Positions 41,863 to 52,164 of a stretch of DNA of 64,000 bases are shown here, one piece after another. The DNA is from Candidatus Woesearchaeota archaeon (GTDB lineage Archaea; Nanobdellota; Nanobdellia; Woesearchaeales; ARS49): contig JAFCDQ010000002.1 of assembly GCA_017609645.1 (NCBI GenBank), forward strand, positions 65,260 through 129,259, in the 5' to 3' direction. The translations under genes and the position numbers were made by a program. The notes under the pieces were generated by a model. That model saw only the letters and a program-made list of their open reading frames with translations, did no database searches and had not been told where the DNA came from. Within the stretch, counting starts at the first letter, position 1; every line of letters begins with the position of its first letter.

Positions 41863-42768
41863 ATGAAGTTTGAGCAAATTGTAGTCTTGGATGATATAAA
41901 TATTTCTGATAGTTCTATGGCCGAACTTGAGAATTATTCAGAAAAACCAGTCAGAACTTTTGATTCTCATCCAAAAGACAACAATGAAATAAAAGAAAGA
42001 TTGGCTGGTGCAGATTGCGCCTTACTAAGTTGGAAAACACCAATAGATAAAGAATTGCTTTCTACATGTACACATTTAAAATTTATTTGTCTCTGTGGTA
42101 CAAATTCAAATTGTATAGACCTTGAAGAGTGTAGAAAAAGGAATATTATTGTATCCAACATTGTTGATTATGGAGATGAAGGTGTTGTGGAGTACATTTT
42201 TTCCCAACTTCTTAATTTAGTGAGGGGTTTTGGTAAATATCAATGGAAAGATTATCCTGCTGAACTCAGTGGAAAAACCATCGGAATTATTGGCCTTGGA
42301 GCTGTTGGAACGTTACTTGCAAATGCCGCTTTAGGTTTTAAGATGAAAGTTCTTTATAATACTAAAACAAGAAAACCTGAATTAGAGGAAAATGGATTAA
42401 TCTTTGTTGATAAAAAGGAACTTCTGCAAAAAAGTGATATAATAAGTTTGCAAACTCCAAAGAATGTTAAAATTCTTGAAAAAGGGGATTTTGACTTGAT
42501 GGACAAAAAGATACTTGTCAATACTACGTTGGGAAAAGCTTTCGAAGAAGCAGATTTTAAAGAATGGATTAAAAGACCAAGTAATTTTGCAATTATGGAT
42601 GCTGCAACAAGTAAGGATTTCCAAAGAGAATTTCAAAACTTAGAAAGGGTTATATTTTCTGATATTATAGCTGGAAGAACTAAAGAATCTATTTTAAGAT
42701 TAAGTCAAAAAGTTTTAGACAATATTTCTTCTTTTCTTTCAGGAAAACCAATCAATAAAATTAATTGA
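41863..42768 (+). CDS. D-isomer-specific 2-hydroxyacid dehydrogenase family protein
   Basis: GIIGLGAVG NAD-binding motif and a catalytic-domain layout typical of PGDH/GyaR-like enzymes. Confidence 0.7.
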   Translation: MKFEQIVVLDDINISDSSMAELENYSEKPVRTFDSHPKDNNEIKERLAGADCALLSWKTPIDKELLSTCTHLKFICLCGTNSNCIDLEECRKRNIIVSNIVDYGDEGVVEYIFSQLLNLVRGFGKYQWKDYPAELSGKTIGIIGLGAVGTLLANAALGFKMKVLYNTKTRKPELEENGLIFVDKKELLQKSDIISLQTPKNVKILEKGDFDLMDKKILVNTTLGKAFEEADFKEWIKRPSNFAIMDAATSKDFQREFQNLERVIFSDIIAGRTKESILRLSQKVLDNISSFLSGKPINKIN

Positions 42769-42780
42769 ACATCAAGTTTG

Positions 42781-42820
42781 CATATTTTGCTTATAATTAT
42801 TAATTTTTTTCTTTCTTAAA
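42781..42820. repeat. About 35-nt direct repeat, copy B (just downstream of the dehydrogenase gene)
   Basis: See copy A. Confidence 0.7.
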
Positions 42821-43997
42821 AACAATTAATCAATATCATTAGTAATAAACAACCCATAGCATGCGCTCTAGAACAACCAGTTAATTGAGGTAAAAGGCCA
42901 ATTGCTGCAGAGATTATGAATACAATCACGCCAAACCAACCGCAAAGCAAGAAAGTAATAATAATTAGGAAGAGAATAATTGTTTTGCACATTAATTTAT
43001 AATTAATCTTAGAGACAATCTTTGCAAATATTTTTACTAATAATAAAGCAGTAATTGCAGCTAAACCTGCTGCAAACAATAAAACACCTGCATAAAGAAT
43101 AAGTTTTATTGGAGTGAAAGTTCCTAAAGATTTCAAAACAACAACTGCTCCATTTCTTGCTCTATCTACAGTAAACCACGCTGCAAAACTCATAATAACA
43201 TCAACAGTACTCATACTGCCAACAAGCATCAAATATTCTTCAGCTTGAACACGAGCAAAAAAAGAACTAGAAATAGCAGCACCCTGCGCAGGACCTAAGC
43301 CTGGAAATAGAATTATTGTTGAACATGCCAGCACACTAGCAAAAGTAGTTTTCCTTATTGACTTAGATTTTGCATTAGAGCCTGCTTTTTTTTGCTCAGG
43401 AATCTTACCATCTCTAGGCGCTAATAATAATCCTGCTGCACCAAACATACCTGACAACAAAGGAAAAAGAGCATTTTTAATATTAGCATTGAAAACAATC
43501 ATGCCAAGACAACCTGCTAACAAAAAAACAACAACAGCCCAAGACTTTTTTTTGAAACTTGATTCTTTAAAGATTAAGAAAATCAGAATTGCTAATAAAA
43601 TCCAAAACAAATAAGGCTTGATGAATTTCGTGCCAAAAGGAATGAAAAAACTTAATATTGGCAGGATTAATAATGCTAATAACAAGCCAGAGATGCTGCC
43701 CATAACAGTTAACAAAACAGCTCTAGAACCTTTTCCTTCGTGCAATAATTTATGGCCAGGAAGGACTGACATAACAACAGCAGGATCAGGAGCTCCTAAG
43801 AATATTGATGGAAGAGTATCTAAAATAGAATGAGTAACAGCCATCGCAACAATCATAATAGAAATAAAAATAGGATGAAAAGGAAGAGCTGCAAGAAGAA
43901 CTGCAACAAGATTAACATGAATACCAGGAATCAAGCCAGTGAAAGTTCCTAAACCAATACCTGCAAAAGCTCCTAACAAAATTTCACTTAAAACCAT
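42816..43997 (-). CDS. Polytopic membrane protein, TctA/DUF112-like
   Basis: Repeated GxxxGLIPG/PGLGPAQG motifs and about 10 TM helices. Confidence 0.45.
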   Translation of the reverse strand: MVLSEILLGAFAGIGLGTFTGLIPGIHVNLVAVLLAALPFHPIFISIMIVAMAVTHSILDTLPSIFLGAPDPAVVMSVLPGHKLLHEGKGSRAVLLTVMGSISGLLLALLILPILSFFIPFGTKFIKPYLFWILLAILIFLIFKESSFKKKSWAVVVFLLAGCLGMIVFNANIKNALFPLLSGMFGAAGLLLAPRDGKIPEQKKAGSNAKSKSIRKTTFASVLACSTIILFPGLGPAQGAAISSSFFARVQAEEYLMLVGSMSTVDVIMSFAAWFTVDRARNGAVVVLKSLGTFTPIKLILYAGVLLFAAGLAAITALLLVKIFAKIVSKINYKLMCKTIILFLIIITFLLCGWFGVIVFIISAAIGLLPQLTGCSRAHAMGCLLLMILINCF

Positions 43998-44280
43998 CTA
44001 TAATAAACTCCAACTTGCCTTGATAATCCTGCAAATGGCCTTCAAGCTTAATGAAAGAATCTTTGCTAAGGTTTAATTCATTAAAAGAAACTAAAGTTAG
44101 AGGTTCTGAAAGCTTAAGATCAATAAAAGTAACTTTATCTGTGCTTGTAGAGCGTTCAACAAAACCTTCAATAGTGATAGTAGTTTTTTCATCAGGAGAC
44201 AAGAAAGCACTAGCAAGAACTAGCAAAGGGAGGCCTAGTAGGATAACTAAAATCGCTAGTGCTAATACTTGTTTCTCCAT
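43984..44280 (-). CDS. Small N-terminally anchored protein
   Basis: 98 aa. Overlaps the preceding gene by 14 nt. Confidence 0.35.
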   Translation of the reverse strand: MEKQVLALAILVILLGLPLLVLASAFLSPDEKTTITIEGFVERSTSTDKVTFIDLKLSEPLTLVSFNELNLSKDSFIKLEGHLQDYQGKLEFIIDGFK

Positions 44281-44573
44281 CAGTTATTGATAAAAAATGT
44301 AATTAAAGTAATTTCAGTAGAAAAAATTGAATATTTTTAGTTTAAACTTGAAAATACCTGCAAAAGAATTGAAAATAATTTGAATTTATCTAAGTAATTC
44401 ATATAAAAAACATTTTCCTTACAAATTCTATGAAATGGGAAATATCAATAAGTGAATTCGACGATAAAGAAGGTAGAAAATACAAAGTAACAAGAAGATT
44501 GCCAGAATTTGGCATTTCAGAAACTAAACTCTTCAAAACAAAAAAATCAGCAAAGAAACAATTTGAATATTGG

Positions 44574-44879
44574 TTAAACCAATAACTCTGCCTTTTTTTG
44601 AAGAATCTCAATAAGTTCAGGCTGTTCAACGCTATAAATATCTTTGATACCTAAAGAAATAATCTTTTTTTGCAAATATTCTTTAGGAAAACGCTTGGAA
44701 ATCTCTTTTCTCTGCTCATCTTCCATCACAACAACTAAATCAGCCCAAGAAAGCTGAGATTTGGTTAAAGGCTTTTCATTATACAAACCAGCTGATTTAG
44801 TCTGAAATTTAGCTTTGAAAAGTTTTTCAGCTGTTTTGCTTCTATGCTTATTTTGATTACAAATGAATAAAACCTTCAT
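44574..44879 (-). CDS. Low-molecular-weight phosphatase-like protein (Cx5R P-loop)
   Basis: VLFICNQNKHRS matches the LMW-PTP/ArsC CX5R signature. The protein is short (101 aa). Confidence 0.5.
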   Translation of the reverse strand: MKVLFICNQNKHRSKTAEKLFKAKFQTKSAGLYNEKPLTKSQLSWADLVVVMEDEQRKEISKRFPKEYLQKKIISLGIKDIYSVEQPELIEILQKKAELLV

Positions 44880-45038
44880 AAGAAAGCAATAAGTTGGCTG
44901 AATTTAAAAAATTTCATAAGAAAAAACCAGAGTGCGCCTGATTGCAAGGTAAATATTACAAATTAACTGGAAAATACACATTGCACTGGACATCTGCTTT
45001 CATAAGACTTTTAAACCAGCTGCTAAATTTATAACTTC

Positions 45039-45842
45039 ATGGAAAAAAAGAGGCGGCTACTTAGTCCTAGTTCAATAAAGTGCTATAAGCAATGCCCAAG
45101 AAAATACTATTATTCCTACATATTAGGAATACAAGCACCACCCAACATACATCTAGTAAGAGGAAACATAGCACACAGTGTTTTAGAAAACTTCTTTGAC
45201 AAAGACATGAACGGAATTAGATTAGAAACAGCAGAAGCACAATTAAAAATCCTAATACAAGAAATGTTAGTTGGAGAATGGGAAAATTACAAAGAGAAAT
45301 TAGAATTATTAAAATTAGAAAAAGACAAAGAAATATTTTATTTTGAAGAAACACTAATGATGTTGTTTAACTGGACAGAACAATTTCTTGAGAAGATAAA
45401 TTTATTATCAGGAAATTTTGCTGAAAGATTTAAGATTCTTACACCAATACGAGAGCAATTGTATGAATCAGAAACACATGGAGTAAAAGGATTCATAGAT
45501 GCAATAGAAAACAGAGACGGACATATTTACTTAATGGATTATAAAACAAGCAAAAAGTTTGGAATGGCAGAACATTTACTTCAGTTAGGAATTTATAGTC
45601 TTCTTTATTTTGAGAAACATGGTGTGTTGCCAAAAAAAGTAGGAGTCTATTTCTTAAAAGACAAAGAAAAAGTCAAGAATGTTGATGAAGAACTTCTTGA
45701 AATGGCAAAAAAAGAAATAAAGAAAACGGCAGAATTGGTCAAAAGCAGAAGTATTGAAGATTATCGAAAATCAGTTTCTGGATTATGCAAATACAGCACA
45801 GGAAAGTGTGAGTTCTATGATATTTGCAAACCTCATAATTAA
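45039..45842 (+). CDS. Cas4-like PD-(D/E)xK nuclease with 4-Cys cluster (DUF83/RecB family)
   Basis: N-terminal SPSSIKCYKQCPRKYY. Motifs FIDAIE and MDYKTSK (D..E.K). QxxxY present (LQLGIYSL). C-terminal C-x5-C-x5-C. Confidence 0.65.
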   Translation: MEKKRRLLSPSSIKCYKQCPRKYYYSYILGIQAPPNIHLVRGNIAHSVLENFFDKDMNGIRLETAEAQLKILIQEMLVGEWENYKEKLELLKLEKDKEIFYFEETLMMLFNWTEQFLEKINLLSGNFAERFKILTPIREQLYESETHGVKGFIDAIENRDGHIYLMDYKTSKKFGMAEHLLQLGIYSLLYFEKHGVLPKKVGVYFLKDKEKVKNVDEELLEMAKKEIKKTAELVKSRSIEDYRKSVSGLCKYSTGKCEFYDICKPHN

Positions 45843-47095
45843 TTAGATTTAGATTGTGTCTGGGTTTGAGTTTGAAGTCCTGCATTTTTTTTAATTCTTG
45901 CTTTATTTAATTTTGGAGGAGCTTTTGCAGCAAAATAATTAACAACACGGAATTCAATAGTAGTTTCCATTTTTGTTAAATCCACACCAATTCTTTTCAC
46001 AGCATCTTTAACTTGTTTTTCATAAACTTTATATTCATCATTCATACAAAAATAAACGAGTGCATTTTCAACAATTTTTTTATCTTTATGCTTTATTAAA
46101 GACAGAAATTCATTAACATATTTTAATTGCTTATCTTTTTTAAAATGAAACTGGTATATAGCAACTCCGAGAATAGAATTATTTTTACTTTTTAAATAAG
46201 GTAATAATTTATCACTATTTTCAAATTTATTAATATTTGTTATTTTCCAACAACTATAAGCTTCGTCAGTAATACAACCTAATTCTTTCAAAAGTTTAGC
46301 TTTTTTATCCATTAAAATATAATTTTCTTTTGTATCTGCAACATCCTTATTCATAACAAAATCTGTCATTGTTGCAACATCTTCATTAATATTACCTGCA
46401 CCATCAGGTGTTGCAAAACTATACCTGGATTCTCTTTTATCATCTTTCCACTTTACTGCTAATCCCTTTTTATTACAAGGACCAAGCAAATCTTCATCAC
46501 CAAAAACATCTTTTAATTTTCTTTTCTCTCCATTAATAATTGTTTCAATATTATTCCATTTCTCTTCAATTTCTTCAACTTGTTCAGCTCTTTCTTCATC
46601 AATGTAAGTTAAATGAATGGCGTGACCTGCAATTTCATGATTAATACTGCTTTTATCTAATGCGAAAAAAGTAATTTCATTTTTAAAATAGCCGCAATGA
46701 CCTCTTTGTTCTAAATCTTTATAATTAACTTTTTCTTTATTTTCATCAGAAGGCATAGCAAGAATAATGTCATAATTGCCAAGTTTTTTTATTGAGTCTT
46801 GAGGCATTTTTTTAAGACAATTAATTAATTTTTCAATATTTGCTTCAGTTAAATTTTCTACTTCTCCCTTAAGATCAAAATTAGGATATAATTCTTCAAA
46901 TCTCTTTTCGTGAGAAGTCGTGTGTTTTTCATCAACACTTTCCTCTCTTAAATCTTCAGCATAAACAAGAGCATCAACTTTTTCAGAAGGCTTAGATTGA
47001 GGATTTAAAAGATAATCTACATTACTGCAGCCAAAAGCACTAGCTAAACCTGCCAGAAATCCTATGAATGCAATAAATCTGCCTCTTAATGTCAT
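45839..47095 (-). CDS. Lipoprotein with HExxH zinc-metalloprotease motif
   Basis: Signal peptide with a lipobox (AFGCS). HEIAGHAIH present. Confidence 0.5.
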   Translation of the reverse strand: MTLRGRFIAFIGFLAGLASAFGCSNVDYLLNPQSKPSEKVDALVYAEDLREESVDEKHTTSHEKRFEELYPNFDLKGEVENLTEANIEKLINCLKKMPQDSIKKLGNYDIILAMPSDENKEKVNYKDLEQRGHCGYFKNEITFFALDKSSINHEIAGHAIHLTYIDEERAEQVEEIEEKWNNIETIINGEKRKLKDVFGDEDLLGPCNKKGLAVKWKDDKRESRYSFATPDGAGNINEDVATMTDFVMNKDVADTKENYILMDKKAKLLKELGCITDEAYSCWKITNINKFENSDKLLPYLKSKNNSILGVAIYQFHFKKDKQLKYVNEFLSLIKHKDKKIVENALVYFCMNDEYKVYEKQVKDAVKRIGVDLTKMETTIEFRVVNYFAAKAPPKLNKARIKKNAGLQTQTQTQSKSN

Positions 47096-47204
47096 GGAAA
47101 AGGTTAGCAGTTTCTAATTTATAAATGTTTCGTTGTTTTAACTACTTAAGAAAGATGACAAATTAAGGATATAGCTTTTTAAATATCAATAATTTAACAA
47201 AGCT

Positions 47205-47765
47205 ATGGCAGGATTTGCAAAAGAGGTAGCAAGTGTTCTTGAAAATATTGGATTAACAACAGTCATAATACCTTTTGCATTAACATTTATCATAATGTTC
47301 TCAGTACTGCAAAGAACAAAAGTACTAGGCAGAAGAGAAGGAAACAAACCAAAAACAAAACTAAATGCAGTGTTTTCATGCGTAATAGGATTTATAGTAA
47401 TAGCATATGCAGATACTGTTCAAGTTTTCAACAGAGTAACACAATACGGAGTTGTACTGTTAATTGCAGGATTAATCATCGCAATGGTAATGGCATTCTC
47501 AGGATTTCCAGGATTAAAAAAATTAAAAATATTCAGAGCACTAGGATTAATAGCATTTTGTGTGTTTGCATTTTATGCATTAGGAGCATTTGAACTAATA
47601 GACATATCAAAAATACAATCAAACATAATAATACCATTAATAGCCGTCGTGACATTTATCGTTGTTGTGTATATTATTATCAAACCCTCTAAAGGAAAAC
47701 CATCAGCGAAAAAACCTTCAAAAAAAGAAGAAACACCTGTGACACCAGAAGAAATTCCTGTTTAA
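47205..47765 (+). CDS. Polytopic membrane protein with a Lys/Pro-rich C-terminal tail
   Basis: 186 aa with 5 TM helices and a KKPSKKEETPVTPEE tail. Confidence 0.4.
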   Translation: MAGFAKEVASVLENIGLTTVIIPFALTFIIMFSVLQRTKVLGRREGNKPKTKLNAVFSCVIGFIVIAYADTVQVFNRVTQYGVVLLIAGLIIAMVMAFSGFPGLKKLKIFRALGLIAFCVFAFYALGAFELIDISKIQSNIIIPLIAVVTFIVVVYIIIKPSKGKPSAKKPSKKEETPVTPEEIPV

Positions 47766-49048
47766 GCTGCTTTCTTGAATTTAACACCAATAGGATTTGA
47801 AATTTTAATCTTAGGAGTTGTAGCTGTTTCAGGACGGTTTTCAATTTCAACCTCTTCAACAGTATACAAATAAGAATGCATATCTTTGCCGCCAGTTCTT
47901 AAAGCTTGAACTTTAATATGCTCAGCCAAATGAATATCTTTAATTTTATTCTCATGAACATGACCTGCACTCATAACATCTAAATTACCTTTTTGAATCT
48001 GTTCCATAACAACAGCTTCAAGACCAATACCTGATCCGCCTAAATCCTGCTTAGGATCAAAATCATGCGCTCTTAAATGAGGCAAAGCACCATTATGATT
48101 AACAAGGAAATTAAAATCATTATTTTCCAAACGCTTAAAAACAGGAGACTGAGGAACAGCATTCTGCATTTCCTCCTGTAAAATTCTCTTAAAATGATCA
48201 TCCTGCATTTCAGGAGATAATTTATTAAATTCTGGATCAGACTGCAAATACATAGCAACATTTTGTTCAACTTGTTTCTGAAGAATATCAAACTCTCCAT
48301 TTTTATCATATAATTCAATAAATTCTCTAGGAAAACAATTATAATTAGGCAAATTAGCTGCGCCAGCAATCCTTAAAGGACCAATTTCCAAAGGAGTTTG
48401 TCTTTTATCAAGAGAAATAAATTCCTGTCCATCATGAATATAATTAAACAAACCAACATCATGATTGCCGTCAACAAATAATTTTTTTCCATTGAAATTA
48501 GATAAAGCTTCTTTAACAGCAGGCGCAAGAAAGTCTTTGAAATAAGTAGTTATTAAATTCTTATAATTATCATAATCTTCTTTCAAAACTTCTGTTCCAA
48601 TAGGCTCCCATTTTTTTCTTTTCTTAACAGCAGACATAACATCTTTCTCACCATAATCTTCAAAGACACTAATGTAATGCTTAATAACTTCACTTCTCTG
48701 GTCAGAATTTTGCTCAGCAAATAATTTAGCATTTTCCAAACCACCTAAACTCATAATATGACTGCCTACTTCACTTAAAAATACCTCTTTCTCATCTAAG
48801 AAAGCTTGAATAAAATTCTCTAATTTTTCTTTATAACTCTCAGCAGCATAACTAATTGTATGATCTTCACTTTCTTCTAATAGATCACCTTTATACAAGA
48901 AAACATCAGCACCTTTACTTGATGCATAATCAGCAGCAGCTTTAAGCTCTGGAATAGTACACTTATAAGTATCAGAAGCTTTGTCGTAATCCACCTTTGG
49001 CGCAAGGTGATAATCTGATCCATCGAATACTTTCACACCTTTTTCCAT
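47762..49048 (-). CDS. Calcineurin-like metallophosphoesterase
   Basis: DxH (GSDYH), GDLLE, GNHD and GHVH motifs in the canonical order. Confidence 0.65.
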   Translation of the reverse strand: MEKGVKVFDGSDYHLAPKVDYDKASDTYKCTIPELKAAADYASSKGADVFLYKGDLLEESEDHTISYAAESYKEKLENFIQAFLDEKEVFLSEVGSHIMSLGGLENAKLFAEQNSDQRSEVIKHYISVFEDYGEKDVMSAVKKRKKWEPIGTEVLKEDYDNYKNLITTYFKDFLAPAVKEALSNFNGKKLFVDGNHDVGLFNYIHDGQEFISLDKRQTPLEIGPLRIAGAANLPNYNCFPREFIELYDKNGEFDILQKQVEQNVAMYLQSDPEFNKLSPEMQDDHFKRILQEEMQNAVPQSPVFKRLENNDFNFLVNHNGALPHLRAHDFDPKQDLGGSGIGLEAVVMEQIQKGNLDVMSAGHVHENKIKDIHLAEHIKVQALRTGGKDMHSYLYTVEEVEIENRPETATTPKIKISNPIGVKFKKAA

Positions 49049-49089
49049 TGTATAGAGTATAAGGCTTTAATCCTTTATAAAGCTTTCGG

Positions 49090-49743
49090 TTATTTGTTAC
49101 TTGAAAGTAGTGGTTTTAGCCAAACTTTAGCTACTTCAAAAACCACTCCTAATAATTCTGGCTTTTCTCGACAATAACTCTTTAATTCCTCAAACAAAGA
49201 CCCTCTAATCCAACTGATATCTTCATGATCTTCATAATTAAACATATTACCTATAACCTTAGCAGCAGGAATGGCTAAATTTAACTTATAAGGATGATTT
49301 TCATAAAAATCCGCTAATTCTTTGAATTCAGCACTAGTATAAATAATTTCAAGACCCACATATTTACTATTCAAATCTACTTCTTGTTTAATTGAAAGTT
49401 CAATAGTTTTTGTCTCAAAAACTGCATTTTCTGTTTTTTCAACTTCAACAGGCAAAGCTCTAAATAACTCTTCTTCAGCATGATTTCTTACTCTTTCAAG
49501 TTCTTGATTAATAACTTCTCCTAATTCAGGACAATACTCACTCAAAGCATTCCACTTGCGTATAGTATTTGGCCAAGGAGCTTGATGATATCCCATTGTT
49601 CCATGATTTTGATTTCCAGGAAAATTATGTGTTTCAGTTTTTTGAGCAACCAAAATCTCTTCACCAAAGTTATTAACATGAACTTTCATATCTGTCTTAA
49701 AACTATACTCTGAATTTTCAATATCATTATTTTCTTCTGACAT
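49090..49743 (-). CDS. Hypothetical protein
   Basis: 217 aa, acidic, no motifs. Confidence 0.4.
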   Translation of the reverse strand: MSEENNDIENSEYSFKTDMKVHVNNFGEEILVAQKTETHNFPGNQNHGTMGYHQAPWPNTIRKWNALSEYCPELGEVINQELERVRNHAEEELFRALPVEVEKTENAVFETKTIELSIKQEVDLNSKYVGLEIIYTSAEFKELADFYENHPYKLNLAIPAAKVIGNMFNYEDHEDISWIRGSLFEELKSYCREKPELLGVVFEVAKVWLKPLLSSNK

Positions 49744-49850
49744 AACAAGCTAAGCATACTTTTAATTTATAAATCTTTTGATTTGATTAACTCTAAAGTG
49801 ATGAAATGATAAAGAAAACATTTAAAAGCAAATAAAAGATAAACCCAAGA

Positions 49851-51692
49851 ATGGATTTCAAAACAACTGCAGACATCAAAGTGCCTGCTAAAATAGTAGA
49901 ACAAGTTCTAGGCCAAGAAGAAGCAGTAGAAATAATCAAAAAAGCAGCAAGACAAAGAAGACATGTCTTATTAATTGGCGAGCCTGGCACAGGAAAAAGC
50001 ATGCTAGGACTGGCTTTAGCTGAGTTGCTACCAAAAGAAAAACTAGTAGATGTCTTAGCATTTCCAAATCCAAATGATGAAAACCAGCCAATAATAAGAA
50101 CAGTGCCTGCAGGAAAAGGCAGAGACATGATTGCAAAATCAAGAATACAAAACATCGGCTTTTTCAAAAAACAAAATATCATAATCCTTGTATTATTAAT
50201 ATTAGTCATGATCGCGCCATGGTGGGCAAGATCATACTACAAAAGCGACTTAATGTTCGCAACATTCTTCTTAGGAGGCATGATCTTCTTAGCAGCAGTA
50301 ACAATGATGATGAGCATAGGCGGCAGAAGAGGAATAGGAATAGGCCAAAAATCACAAACACCAAAAATAATAGTAGACAATTTTGGAAAAAAAGAAGCTC
50401 CATTCTGGGATGCAACAGGAGCACATGCAGGAGCATTACTAGGAGATGTACTTCATGATCCATTACAATCAGGAGGCTTAGGAACACCTGCACATGAAAG
50501 AGTAATAGCAGGATTAATACACAAAGCAAACATGGGAGTTTTATTTGTAGATGAAATAGCAACATTAGCACCGCACACACAGCAAGAACTATTAACCTCA
50601 TTACAAGAAGGCAAATACTCAATCACAGGACAAAGTGAAAGAAGCGCAGGAGCAATGGTAAGAACAGAACCAGTACCATGCAACTTTATTCTATTAGCTG
50701 CAGGAAACATAGAAACAGTACAACACATGCACCCCGCATTACGATCAAGAATCCGAGGATATGGATATGAAATATACATGAAAGACACCATGAAAGACAT
50801 AAAAGAAAATCAAGATAAGATTGCCCGCTTTGTAGCACAAGAAGTAAAAAAAGACAAAAAAATACCGCACTTCACAAAAACAGCTGTAGCTGAAATACTC
50901 GACGAAGCAAGAAGAATGGCAAACAGAAAAGACCACTTAACTTTAAGATTAAGAGAACTCGGCGGATTAATCAGAGCAGCAGGAGACGTTGCAAAAGAAA
51001 AAGGAGCAAAATTTGTTGAGAAAAAACATATAATTGATGCTAAAACAATAGCAAGAACATTAGAAAAACAAATAGCAGACAAATTCATAGAAAGAAAAAA
51101 AGAATATGAAATAATAGTAACAAAAGGGAAAAAAATAGGAAGAGTAAACGGCTTAGCAGTAATTGGAGGAGGCGCACAATATTCTGGAATATTGCTGCCC
51201 ATAGAAAGCGAAGTAGCACCAGGAGGAAAAGAAAAGGAAATAGTAGCAACAGGCAAACTAGGAATAATTGCAAAAGAAGCAATCAAGAATGTATCAGCAA
51301 TAATTAAAAAATACTTTGGGAAAGATATCAGAAAATATGATATCTATGTTCAGTTTTTACAAACATATGAAGGAGTAGAAGGAGATTCAGCAAGCATAGC
51401 TGTTGCGACAAGCATCATATCAGCAATAACAAAATCACCTGTAAGACAAGACACAGCAATGACAGGCAGCTTATCTGTCCGGGGAGATGTACTGCCTGTT
51501 GGCGGTATTAGTGCAAAAGTAGAAGCAGCAATAGAAACAGGCATTAAAAGAATAATAGTGCCAGAATCAAACTTAAAAGACATAATAGTAGACAAAGCTA
51601 AATTAGCAAAAGTCAAAATCATTCCTGTAAATAACATAAAAGAAGTAATCAAAGAAGCACTAGATATGAAAGGCAAAAAATTAAGCCTATAG
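49851..51692 (+). CDS. lonB: Archaeal membrane-bound Lon protease (LonB)
   Basis: Walker A (GEPGTGKS). A two-TM insertion sits inside the ATPase domain. The C-terminal Lon Ser-Lys proteolytic domain is present (GDSASIA, ..K..). Confidence 0.88.
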   Translation: MDFKTTADIKVPAKIVEQVLGQEEAVEIIKKAARQRRHVLLIGEPGTGKSMLGLALAELLPKEKLVDVLAFPNPNDENQPIIRTVPAGKGRDMIAKSRIQNIGFFKKQNIIILVLLILVMIAPWWARSYYKSDLMFATFFLGGMIFLAAVTMMMSIGGRRGIGIGQKSQTPKIIVDNFGKKEAPFWDATGAHAGALLGDVLHDPLQSGGLGTPAHERVIAGLIHKANMGVLFVDEIATLAPHTQQELLTSLQEGKYSITGQSERSAGAMVRTEPVPCNFILLAAGNIETVQHMHPALRSRIRGYGYEIYMKDTMKDIKENQDKIARFVAQEVKKDKKIPHFTKTAVAEILDEARRMANRKDHLTLRLRELGGLIRAAGDVAKEKGAKFVEKKHIIDAKTIARTLEKQIADKFIERKKEYEIIVTKGKKIGRVNGLAVIGGGAQYSGILLPIESEVAPGGKEKEIVATGKLGIIAKEAIKNVSAIIKKYFGKDIRKYDIYVQFLQTYEGVEGDSASIAVATSIISAITKSPVRQDTAMTGSLSVRGDVLPVGGISAKVEAAIETGIKRIIVPESNLKDIIVDKAKLAKVKIIPVNNIKEVIKEALDMKGKKLSL

Positions 51693-51751
51693 TTTTATGA
51701 TTTCTCAGTAAGAAGTAAAATTTAAATACCCTAAGATATACTAGAATTACA

Positions 51752-52117
51752 ATGATAGACATAATGGAAAAAAAAGACTGTCCATACTGCGGGTCAAGCA
51801 ATGTAGTATACAACCTAAGAGGTCAATTGATATGCAGAGACTGTGGTTTAATATTCGAACCAATAGCTCCATTGCCGCCACCAAAGCACAAGAAAGTAAA
51901 AAGAGCGCCAGTAAGAGTAGTGAAACGGAAAAAAGCAAAAGTAAGAACAAAAGCAGTAAGAAAAGCGCCAAAGAAAAAGCCTAGAAAGAAAGTAAAAGTG
52001 AAAAAGAAACCAAAAAGAAAAGTAAAGAAAAAGACTAAGAAAAAAGCAGTAAAGAAGAAAACTAAGAAAAAGGCTAAAAAGAAACCTGCAAAAAAGGGCA
52101 AGAAAAGAAAAAGATAA
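51752..52117 (+). CDS. TFIIB-type zinc-ribbon protein fused to a Lys-rich, histone-H1-like tail
   Basis: CPYCGSS..CRDCG in the N-terminal 40 aa, then 80 aa of K/A/P low complexity (about 50% Lys). Confidence 0.5.
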   Translation: MIDIMEKKDCPYCGSSNVVYNLRGQLICRDCGLIFEPIAPLPPPKHKKVKRAPVRVVKRKKAKVRTKAVRKAPKKKPRKKVKVKKKPKRKVKKKTKKKAVKKKTKKKAKKKPAKKGKKRKR

Positions 52118-52164
52118 AAAAATTAATTTTCTTTTTTTAAAATAGGGGGAAGTCTGGCAAAAAT

